In this document: in pieces, positions 1-7,847 of the stretch
Layout: each line of letters starts with the position of its first letter
Position numbering within the stretch: position 1 is the first letter of the stretch
Source of the DNA: a virus
Lineage: Duplodnaviria > Heunggongvirae > Uroviricota > Caudoviricetes
Virus record (IMG/VR): IMGVR_UViG_2585427729_000015
Location: 1 to 8,945 of that record
DNA length: 8,945 nucleotides
Reading direction: 5' to 3' (one strand)
Notes under the pieces: model-generated
The model's input: the letters and a program-made list of their open reading frames with translations, nothing else
What the model was told of the DNA's origin: nothing
Databases searched by the model: none
Made by a program: the position numbers and the translations under genes

Positions 1-380
<380 letters not shown>

Positions 381-679
381 TAGACAAAGACACTATCACG
401 CAGTGGATACGAAGTGGACGACTTCAGGCCGCAAAGATAAATCCAGATAAACCTAAAAGCCCATATCGCATTTGCAAGTCAGACTGCATTGCGGCGCTTA
501 AGTCTGTAAGACACAATAGCGCGGTGAATGCGGTTGATGTGCAGGAGGTTAAAGCATGTCAATCAAACTACGCGGTGGCACGTGGCACTGCGATTTCGTC
601 GCGCCAGATGGATCAAGAGTTAGACGCTCACTTAAAATATCGGACAAAAGGCAAGCGCAAGAATTTCACGATCGTCTGA
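381..679 (+). pseudogene. Excisionase / AlpA-like DNA-binding gene, 5'-truncated by the IS insertion; 3' end overlaps the integrase start
   Basis: Frame of track ORF 308-679 translates from 381 as ...TITQWIRSGRLQAAKINPDKPKSPYRICKSDCIAALKS..., resembling the helix-turn-helix of phage Xis/AlpA-type excisionases. No start codon or N-terminal helix remains because the IS terminus abuts at 380. Position immediately upstream of, and co-oriented with, the integrase is the canonical xis-int arrangement. Confidence 0.5.
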
Positions 680-1716
680 AAGCAGAAGCGTGGAGAGTAA
701 AAAATCTCGGGGAATCACCGAAAAAGCTATTCAAGGAAGCCTGCATACGGTGGCTGCGTGAGAAATCGGATAAGAAGTCCATTGATGATGACAAGAGCAT
801 TATATCGTTCTGGATGTTGCACTTCAGAGAAACCATTCTCTCTAACATAACAACAGAAAAAATAATGGAGGCGGTAGACGGGATGGAAAACCGCCGCCAT
901 CGCCTGAACTGGGAGATGAGCCGGGACAGGTGTTTGCGGCTTGGCAAGCCAGTGCCGGAGTATAAACCAAAGCTGGCAAGCAAAGGAACGAAGACGCGGC
1001 ATCTGGCAATACTTCGCGCTATTCTCAATATAGCTGTTGAATGGGGATGGCTTGACAGGGCGCCCAAAATATCAACACCACGCGTTAAGAATGGACGAAT
1101 CAGATGGCTTACAGAGGAGGAATCGAAGCACCTGTTTGCAGAAATTGCTCCTCATTTCTTCCCTGTGGTCATGTTTGCAATCACGACAGGCCTTCGCCGT
1201 TCCAACGTTACAGACCTTGAGTGGTCACAGGTCGATCTGGATAAGAAAATGGCATGGATGCACCCTGATGAAACAAAAGCTGGCAATGCGATCGGAGTTC
1301 CTCTTAACGAAACCGCATGCCAGATATTAAGAAAACAGCAGGGGCTCCATAAGAGATGGGTATTTGTCCACACCAGACCTGCCTACCGAAGCGACGGAAC
1401 AAAAACAGCAGCGGTAAGGAAGATGAGAACCGACAGCAACAAGGCATGGAAGGGAGCGTTAAAGCGGGCGGGCATTAGCAACTTCCGCTTCCATGACCTG
1501 AGGCATACCTGGGCAAGCTGGCTGGTTCAGTCCGGTGTCTCTCTTCTTGCACTTAAAGAGATGGGAGGATGGGAAACTCTCGAAATGGTTCAAAGATACG
1601 CCCACCTTTCAGCCGGGCATCTCACCGAGCACGCGAGCAAAATCGATGCGATTATAAGTCGCAATGGCACAAATACGGCACAAGAGGTGAACGTGGTTTA
1701 CTTAAATGTGAGGTAA
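556..1716 (+). CDS. int: Tyrosine-type site-specific integrase (phage integrase family, P22-like)
   Basis: 386 aa with GGAGG Shine-Dalgarno at 543-547. Catalytic signature residues are visible: box I arginine in TTGLRRSN, HxxR in FRFHDLRHTWASWL, and catalytic tyrosine context EMVQRYAHL. The gene ends 14 bp before a tRNA-Thr 3' fragment (att core). Confidence 0.9.
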   Translation: MSIKLRGGTWHCDFVAPDGSRVRRSLKISDKRQAQEFHDRLKAEAWRVKNLGESPKKLFKEACIRWLREKSDKKSIDDDKSIISFWMLHFRETILSNITTEKIMEAVDGMENRRHRLNWEMSRDRCLRLGKPVPEYKPKLASKGTKTRHLAILRAILNIAVEWGWLDRAPKISTPRVKNGRIRWLTEEESKHLFAEIAPHFFPVVMFAITTGLRRSNVTDLEWSQVDLDKKMAWMHPDETKAGNAIGVPLNETACQILRKQQGLHKRWVFVHTRPAYRSDGTKTAAVRKMRTDSNKAWKGALKRAGISNFRFHDLRHTWASWLVQSGVSLLALKEMGGWETLEMVQRYAHLSAGHLTEHASKIDAIISRNGTNTAQEVNVVYLNVR

Positions 1717-1730
1717 TTTATTGATTTAAA

Positions 1731-1776
1731 TGGTGCCGATAATAGGAGTCGAACCTACGACCTTCGCATTACGAAT
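1731..1776 (-). tRNA. tRNA-Thr(CGT) 3' fragment, 46 nt (anticodon loop to CCA end); att core copy, not an intact tRNA gene
   Basis: Reverse complement of 1731-1776 is ATTCGTAATGCGAAGGTCGTAGGTTCGACTCCTATTATCGGCACCA, identical to my recollection of the 3' 46 nt of E. coli thrW including the CGT anticodon and CCA end. Sequence beyond 1776 does not continue into an anticodon stem, D-arm or acceptor 5' strand. Confidence 0.75.
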
Positions 1777-2523
1777 TATAAGAATCCGCTTCTAATTCAA
1801 AGTATTACCCCATCAACACTGTGCTCACACGTCCCACCACATCAAAACATGTAAAGCCTTGCAAGCCATTGTGAGGCCTTATGTGTCTCAGTTTTGTCCC
1901 ACCTTGTATTATGACTTGCATAGCCAATGAAGATAAACGTGACGACAAACAGCGCAGCAGTCTTCTTTTCTTTCACACTTTCCCCAATCAGCATACATAC
2001 TTTCTACCATAACTGTAGTGAATGTCTGTTATGAGCGAGCAAAAGAGATTCAATTACCGGGGAATTACTCCGACATAAGCTCTCCCAGAAACACCGGAAC
2101 AGCGATTCGCATATTCTCTTCTATACTTTCAGTCTGACCGGCTGGAGATTTCATAGCAAGAAAATGGATGCGCCAAGACCTATGCGGGAAAGAGGCTGAG
2201 GAAATAATTGCCGATAGCACTGTGCCCGCCGAAAAGTTAATCTGGCACGCAATGACGCGCGTCCTTGGGGCATCAGGAATCAGAGAGCCAACTTAACAAC
2301 CCATTATATATTATTTAACAGGACCGTTACATGTACAAAGTTCAATGATTAGTGATTCTGTGACGCCACATACAACCTAAGCCCCTGATATAAAACCAGT
2401 CTATGCAACACCTAAAAATCATATATGATAGGGTGATAAGTCAACGCGCAGTATAAAAATCAAGCTAAAAAATGCTTTCAGCATAGTGAATCTATTTCAC
2501 ACTACATAATTAAGGATGAAAAA

Positions 2524-3369
2524 ATGACTGCACCAGTAATTAGTTTTATCAATATGAAAGGTGGGGTTGGTAAAACAACTTTATGCGTTGGGATTGCTGA
2601 GTTTTTAGCCAACCATATGGGGCGCAAGGTTCTAGTTATCGATATTGATCCTCAATTTAATGCCACTCAGTCCTTAATGGGGCATTATGATCGAGTAGAA
2701 GAATATATGACTGCCCTTCGCCCTAATAATCAAACCATTCGAAAGATTTTTGAGCTTCCAAATTCATTAATGGAAGATGAAAAGAAAGTGACACCAGAAC
2801 AGGTCATTACTAAAGTTTCAGACAATCTTGATATTATCTTAGGTGATATAAACATTATCTTTGATACTAACCAAGAGGGTATTAGAATAAAAATGTTGCG
2901 TAAATTCATCACCGAAAATGACTTAAAAGAAAGTTACGACTATATCTTTATCGATAGCCCCCCAACAATCTCATTATTTACAGATACCGCACTCCTTGCT
3001 TCTGATTATTATCTTACTCCGGTTAAAATTGATCACTACTCGGTGCTTGGAGCAAGCAGTTTAAATAGCGTTATAAGAAATATGCGCACACATCATGAGA
3101 AAGAAATCAAGCAAGTCGGTTACATTTATACAAACACTGATGCTGAAATGACCAATAAAACAAGGGAAATTAAAGAACAATTCGAAAACCATACTCAATT
3201 TACAAATTTTTATTTCTTTGAAAATCAATTAACCTACGTGCGTGATTTAATGGTAGGTTATCAAGGAAATATTCCTTCTTGTTATTCAAAGTCACGCCAA
3301 GATATAGAAAAGATCTGTAACGAATTTATTAACAGAGTGGCTCACTTGGAAGGTAACACAAATGAATAA
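2524..3369 (+). CDS. ParA/MinD/Soj-family P-loop ATPase (deviant Walker A)
   Basis: 281 aa; N-terminal ISFINMKGGVGKTTL matches the deviant Walker A KGGxxK[ST]; VLVIDIDPQFNATQ (A' box) and YIFIDSPP (Walker B) are present. AAGGA Shine-Dalgarno 7 nt upstream of the ATG. Visibly AT-rich, roughly one-third GC by eye. Confidence 0.85.
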   Translation: MTAPVISFINMKGGVGKTTLCVGIAEFLANHMGRKVLVIDIDPQFNATQSLMGHYDRVEEYMTALRPNNQTIRKIFELPNSLMEDEKKVTPEQVITKVSDNLDIILGDINIIFDTNQEGIRIKMLRKFITENDLKESYDYIFIDSPPTISLFTDTALLASDYYLTPVKIDHYSVLGASSLNSVIRNMRTHHEKEIKQVGYIYTNTDAEMTNKTREIKEQFENHTQFTNFYFFENQLTYVRDLMVGYQGNIPSCYSKSRQDIEKICNEFINRVAHLEGNTNE

Positions 3370-3760
3370 ACAATTAATTAAAGCGCTCAATAAAGCTAAC
3401 AATATGCCCATGACCAAAGAAAACTTCTTAGGCTTGGTAATTATGTTGATTCTTTCAAAAGAGGTTTTTAGATCAAATTTTGATGTTAGTAAATTTATTA
3501 ACAAAACCTTCAAAATATCTTTTTTGAATTATGCTGTACGGTCAAGAACTTTGATGTGCGCTAAAATTTGCAAACATATTAATGAATTAAGTGAGAATGA
3601 CATAAAGATGGCTTATACGCATTTCTTAAACAACATTAACACATTAGACATTATTTTTAATGATGCAAATAAAACAAGCCAAAAATCCACATCTAAAAGC
3701 AAGCATGCTATAAGGAATTTAAATATTTGGATTAATGCAAATAAAAAGGAAGAAGAATAA
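3362..3760 (+). CDS. Hypothetical protein (132 aa), translationally coupled to the ParA-like gene
   Basis: Start ATG overlaps the upstream stop by 8 nt; GGAAGG Shine-Dalgarno 8 nt upstream. Lys/Asn-rich AT-rich coding sequence with no recognisable motif. Same strand and composition as its neighbours. Confidence 0.6.
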   Translation: MNKQLIKALNKANNMPMTKENFLGLVIMLILSKEVFRSNFDVSKFINKTFKISFLNYAVRSRTLMCAKICKHINELSENDIKMAYTHFLNNINTLDIIFNDANKTSQKSTSKSKHAIRNLNIWINANKKEEE

Positions 3761-4425
3761 TGCTCACGCAGGATCCCTTCAACATTGGAAGAGATGTAAA
3801 TTATTTTAGAGCGGAGGTGCAAAAGCACCTCAGAACCACTGATGAAATAAACAAATCAGTATCAATATTTAGGCAAATAAGTCTTTGTAATACAATTTTA
3901 AGTCACAATCCTAATCTAAATCACTCTTCTTATATAAAAGGTTTTATATATGATACCTTAAACTCCTTAATTGCCATTATAAAAAAAAGAGAACGGTATC
4001 TCCAACTGAACTTCCGCTCAATGGTGGAGCATGTGGCCAGAATAAGCCTCAATAAGAACTACAATGGTGGGGATTTTGACCAAACTGTACGTCGTAGAGA
4101 CTTTGACTTCTTAAAAGCCCAACAAGTCGATGAAGGCTGGTCTTATTTACATAATGTCTATATCAACGCCTGTTATTATGTTCACTCCTCCCCCCAAGCG
4201 AACCTAAATGTTACATCAACATTTATATCACTTATGGAGGGAGATTGTAATTCAACACAGCATAAAATGGTGAAAAAACTTCATGAGGTAGTATCGGCGC
4301 TGATGAGAATCATTATAAAGTATTATCATCAGCATATCTCAAACATTTTCTTTAGAAACAAAAAGGATTTAGAGAAAATAATGGGAAAAAGCCTTTATTC
4401 ATATTATACCAGCTTAGACAATTAA
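3760..4425 (+). CDS. Hypothetical protein (221 aa), translationally coupled (TAATG overlap); contains a possible HEPN-like Rx4H motif
   Basis: Start ATG shares one nucleotide with the upstream stop (TAATG at 3758-3762); AAGGAAG Shine-Dalgarno upstream. Contains RSMVEH (residues 86-91). No other recognisable domain by eye. Confidence 0.6.
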   Translation: MLTQDPFNIGRDVNYFRAEVQKHLRTTDEINKSVSIFRQISLCNTILSHNPNLNHSSYIKGFIYDTLNSLIAIIKKRERYLQLNFRSMVEHVARISLNKNYNGGDFDQTVRRRDFDFLKAQQVDEGWSYLHNVYINACYYVHSSPQANLNVTSTFISLMEGDCNSTQHKMVKKLHEVVSALMRIIIKYYHQHISNIFFRNKKDLEKIMGKSLYSYYTSLDN

Positions 4426-4462
4426 TTCTCTCATATTCATTGCGTAGAGCATAAATATCTAT

Positions 4463-4958
4463 CTAACCACCTAAAATGCCAGAAAATCTAGTTGTATACC
4501 GGTGCGAAAATATCTCGCGTTTCATCTGCCACTGCTGCTGAATGCCCTGCCCAGCGAAACAGAGTGTTTCCTTCCCGTCTTTTGCGTTGAGGTGCTCCAG
4601 CACGCTCATTAACTTTTCGCTCCCAGGACCCAGCGCGTTATCGTCGAATAGGTTAGGGCATGCTCTGACTGAAGAAGTCCCCCAGCATTACCCCGGCTTT
4701 CTGATATCGGTGTCCGTCTTTCCATATTGCATCCAGACTCCCCGTTGCTACTGCAATGATATCCCGACTGTCCTGTGTCGGGATGAGGAGCTTCACCGAC
4801 GCGTTGTTACAGTAGTACGACTCGTTCAACGCAAAGGGTATCGTGTAAAACCGATGATGACACTGCCGGCAATCAGCACTGACGTCAGCAAACGTGAGAA
4901 AGAACAGATAAGCCGAACGATTTAGGAAATGTTTGAAGAGACTGATATGTGGATGGTT
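4463..4958 (-). pseudogene. umuC-like (Y-family translesion polymerase) 3' remnant, 5'-truncated and frameshifted
   Basis: Minus-strand translation gives ...DSRDIIAVATGSLDAIWKDGHRYQKAGVMLGDFFSQ in one frame, ending at a stop at 4654-4656, then in the +1 frame ...NLFDDNALGPGSEKLMSVLEHLNAKDGKETLCFAGQGIQQQWQMKR...RYTTR... to a stop at 4463-4465. This matches my recollection of the UmuC C-terminal region. There is no in-frame start and the N-terminal roughly 300 codons are absent. Recognisable similarity is clearest for 4463 to about 4870. Confidence 0.55.
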
Positions 4959-5355
4959 TCAGTTTAAACGCCTTGAACCGTCATATTACCTAAGTACAAT
5001 CCGCTGTGACTGGCAATCATTCAATACTTGCACTATCAAAAGTGCATCAGCCAACCGCAGCACGTCTTGCATACGACCTGTCTGCGGTTTCAATCACCTC
5101 TCACCACCAGTCCCATCAATAATAATTAAACAGCGCCTAAACAAAATAAATAACAACAAGTCAACAACCTCGACAGGATGCCGATGGGATGATGAAGAGA
5201 TAAGAAAGAATAACTAGTAAAGCCCTAAAACGTCAGCGTTCAGACGCGTTTTTTACTTAACCGGTAACAAATACGTTGTATCATAGCAACATAAAATGAT
5301 TGTTCTAAATCAGATTAACTCCTCACTTTTGTACAATGTCGCTTACAGGTATACC

Positions 5356-7245
5356 ATGAAATCCGAGACGCTAACTGTCCAACAACTTTTTCAAGACCGC
5401 CGACAATACTGTGTTCCATTCTATCAACGTGCCTATGTATGGACTCAGCGAAACCAATGGTCAGCTCTACTGGAGGATATCCTAGAGAAAGCACAATCCC
5501 GGCTCTCGGGTACAAAACCAACTCCCCATTTCCTTGGTGCAGTTGTACTGGAACCTCAACCAAAAAAAGGATTATTCGGTGTAGATTCCATACATATTAT
5601 TGATGGTCAGCAACGATTGACCACTCTTCAATATGTTCTGGCATCCATCCGATTAGCATTACGTGCAACAGATCTTTCCAACTTAGAGCCTCTCATTTCG
5701 TCTTGCCTGAAAAACTCAAACGAAGACACAATGCGAAATAAAGAAGTAGAGCGCTTCAAACTGTGGCCAACTTTTCGGGATCAAACTCATTTTATTCAAA
5801 GTTTTAATGTTGAAAATATTGACGATATCCGGAATGTATTCTCTGATAGTTTCACGCAGCATGGTACGTTGCGTAAGCATTTTAATCACCCGCCATCACT
5901 AGAAGCATTATGTTTTTTTACTGAAGCCTTTATAAAGTGGATTAAAATAGAAAATCACTCACCACGAGAAAATGCTGTAGCATTAATTGAGGCTGTCTTG
6001 ACGGATCTGAAACTAGTAAGCATATTTCTCGAGGCTGAAGATGACGCTCAAATAATTTTTGAAACATTAAATGGCAGAGGTGCGGAACTTCATGCCACAG
6101 ATCTTATTCGCAATTATATTTTTATGTGCGCTGAACATGAAAATATTAATGCTGTTGAATTATATGAGAATGAGTGGAAGATCTTTGAAGATACGTACTG
6201 GTCAGAAAGACAACGTCGTGGTCGTATTAATAAACCACGCATGGAGTGGCTAGTGCATGCAACATTGCAATCAGAAAGGCAACGTGAAATCGATCTGTCT
6301 CGTCTTTACAATGAGTATCGTGATTATGTAAGTAAGGACTTGCCTTCACAACGAGCAGATCTGCAAGTAAAGCGCCTCAAACAATATGCATCACAATATA
6401 AAGAATTGGTTGGTGGTTTTGGCACAACCCCCATCTCACACTTTGGACATCGCATCGCAGCCTATGATGTGACGACACTTTATCCGCTTGCTTTGTTCAT
6501 TTCGATAGCTAACATCGCCGATGATGAGAAAGCAGCCATGTATAATGATCTTGTCTCCTACGTAGTACGAAGAGCCGTATGTGGCCTGACGCCAAAGAAT
6601 TACAACAATGTATTTATGAATGTATTGCGGCACTTGTCTAAAACAGAAATTTCCAGTGTTGAGTTACGTAATATCCTCAATAGCTTAAATGGCGAAGCCT
6701 CACGTTGGCCTGGGGACTCAGAATTTCTCAACGCTTGCATCAATGCTCCACTTTATCCTGGCAGGCTCGACGCACCGAAAATGCGCTCAATGTTAACGGA
6801 ACTTGAAAGAGAACTTTGTCGCCAAGTGAAGACAGAGAAGCCTGATGTTCCAAATCTTTCTAACCTCGATATCGATCATCTTATGCCTCAAAGTTGGTAT
6901 TCCTGTTGGCCTCTCGAAAATGGTCATATGGTGACAAATTCAGATGCTACGGTATTGAACCAAATTGTTCTGTCTGGAACCGATCTTACCCCAGAACAGC
7001 TACTGGTAAGGAAACGGCAACAAGCGATAACTACGTTGGGAAATCTAACTTTGCTTAACCTTAGCGTAAACCGTTCTGTTCAGAATGCTGTATTTCTGAA
7101 AAAACGTGATGCTCTCATCGTCCACACCAATCTACGACTGAACATTCCACTTATAGTTAAGGATAAATGGGATGAGGATGAAATCCTGGAGCGGGGTAAA
7201 AAGTTGGGGGAAATTGCATTGAAAGTATGGCCAAAACACGATTAA
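5356..7245 (+). CDS. DUF262 (ParB-like NTPase/nuclease) + DUF1524 (HNH-like) protein, GmrSD-family candidate type IV restriction endonuclease
   Basis: N-terminal YCVPFYQRAYVW and IIDGQQRLTTL (DGQQR) are the hallmark of DUF262; C-terminal NLDIDHLMPQSW and LGNLTLLNLSVNRSVQN resemble the DUF1524 His-Me finger. Start placed at the ATG at 5356 (AGG 6 nt upstream); an in-frame ATG at 5296 with no Shine-Dalgarno would add 20 residues. Confidence 0.8.
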   Translation: MKSETLTVQQLFQDRRQYCVPFYQRAYVWTQRNQWSALLEDILEKAQSRLSGTKPTPHFLGAVVLEPQPKKGLFGVDSIHIIDGQQRLTTLQYVLASIRLALRATDLSNLEPLISSCLKNSNEDTMRNKEVERFKLWPTFRDQTHFIQSFNVENIDDIRNVFSDSFTQHGTLRKHFNHPPSLEALCFFTEAFIKWIKIENHSPRENAVALIEAVLTDLKLVSIFLEAEDDAQIIFETLNGRGAELHATDLIRNYIFMCAEHENINAVELYENEWKIFEDTYWSERQRRGRINKPRMEWLVHATLQSERQREIDLSRLYNEYRDYVSKDLPSQRADLQVKRLKQYASQYKELVGGFGTTPISHFGHRIAAYDVTTLYPLALFISIANIADDEKAAMYNDLVSYVVRRAVCGLTPKNYNNVFMNVLRHLSKTEISSVELRNILNSLNGEASRWPGDSEFLNACINAPLYPGRLDAPKMRSMLTELERELCRQVKTEKPDVPNLSNLDIDHLMPQSWYSCWPLENGHMVTNSDATVLNQIVLSGTDLTPEQLLVRKRQQAITTLGNLTLLNLSVNRSVQNAVFLKKRDALIVHTNLRLNIPLIVKDKWDEDEILERGKKLGEIALKVWPKHD

Positions 7246-7265
7246 TGCAATTAATAAAATGATTA

Positions 7266-7293
7266 TAGCGGCCTTACATTAGTAAGGCCGCTA
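7266..7293. terminator. Perfect 12-bp stem / 4-nt loop hairpin; possible intrinsic terminator, orientation unclear
   Basis: TAGCGGCCTTAC-ATTA-GTAAGGCCGCTA at 7266-7293, 21 bp downstream of the GmrSD-like stop. U-rich flank is present on the minus-strand side (complement of AATAAAATGAT), not clearly on the plus side. Confidence 0.4.
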
Positions 7294-7495
7294 CTCACTA
7301 TTAAATCCTTTAATTTGCAATAAGAACAGCAGTGTCAGCCCTAGGTTTCGGACTTTGTACCGCTTATCTTGTCTTCAAAAATCAGCTCGCATCCTGCACA
7401 GCTCAACGCATTACGTTGTAGATCGGTGTTCTGGTCATTTGTTGATACGCGTACATAGCCAATAAGCATGGTAGCGCCCCCTGACAAAAGCAGGA

Positions 7496-7846
7496 ATGAT
7501 GCCATTTGCTCGTTATTTCTGCATTTTCATAAATGTTGGTTTAAGAGCAAGCGGGCAGTACACCGATAATTTGTTATTTACAGGTCCTGATGGTCTTAAG
7601 ATTCAGGTGTTTCGCCGGACGCTCGCAAATTTGACTACTGTCGGTGTAGTAAATTCTGTGCCAGTGACTTTCCCTGTCCCGTTCCCTGTTAATTGCTGGG
7701 GCGTTTTTTCTACCAAATTAACATGGGTTCAGATAACTAACTCATGCGAGTGGGTAAGCAATACAGGATTTACCGCTCAGGTCATGATGAATATTGCTGT
7801 AAATACAAACACCTCAGACGCTATGTTTTTAGCTATAGGATATTAA
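7496..7846 (+). CDS. Tail-fibre C-terminal (variable) segment, probably a silent or truncated alternative distal tail-fibre coding block
   Basis: Frame is open only from 7475; no convincing ribosome-binding site for the ATG at 7496. Stop at 7844-7846 lies 1 nt before the ATG of a tail-fibre-assembly gene, the typical stf-tfa junction. Sequence is Thr/Asn/Val/Pro-rich (VTFPVPFPVN). Confidence 0.45.
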   Translation: MMPFARYFCIFINVGLRASGQYTDNLLFTGPDGLKIQVFRRTLANLTTVGVVNSVPVTFPVPFPVNCWGVFSTKLTWVQITNSCEWVSNTGFTAQVMMNIAVNTNTSDAMFLAIGY

Positions 7847-7847
7847 T

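Noticed and set aside
666-1373. Track ORFs 666-1067(-), 727-1002(-), 1037-1330(+) and 1152-1373(-) within the integrase gene
   Set aside because: All are fully nested in alternative frames or antisense to the integrase, which has clear catalytic motifs; no independent support.
1731-1810. Possibility that an intact tRNA-Thr gene is present
   Set aside because: Only the 3' 46 nt match; the sequence beyond 1776 cannot form the anticodon-stem 5' strand, D-arm or acceptor 5' strand.
2730-3828. Minus-strand track ORFs 2730-2912, 3292-3513 and 3613-3828
   Set aside because: Antisense to the coupled plus-strand cassette genes in AT-rich sequence, where random ORFs are common; no start-site signals.
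4542-4925. Plus-strand track ORF (127 aa)
   Set aside because: It is the antisense strand of the umuC-like remnant, which gives a far more protein-like translation on the minus strand.
4933-5217. Plus-strand track ORF (94 aa)
   Set aside because: Low-complexity Asn/Lys/Ser-rich translation with no ribosome-binding site and no recognisable motif; more likely non-coding sequence between the umuC remnant and the GmrSD-like gene.
5227-5254. Weak hairpin followed by a T6 run (AAAACG...CGTTTTTT), considered as an intrinsic terminator
   Set aside because: Stem is short, AT-rich and imperfect, and no intact plus-strand gene ends just upstream, so I did not list it as a feature.
5315-6633. Track ORFs 5315-5563(-), 6071-6253(+) and 6436-6633(-) inside the GmrSD-like gene
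   Set aside because: Nested in alternative frames or antisense to a long ORF with clear domain motifs.
7300-7500. Search for a hix/gix-type 26-bp invertase crossover site at the left edge of the tail-fibre module
   Set aside because: No sequence resembling the AAACC..GGTTT core of Hin/Gin sites was found by eye, and the partner repeat would lie outside the window; the invertible-segment idea stays a hypothesis rather than a called feature.
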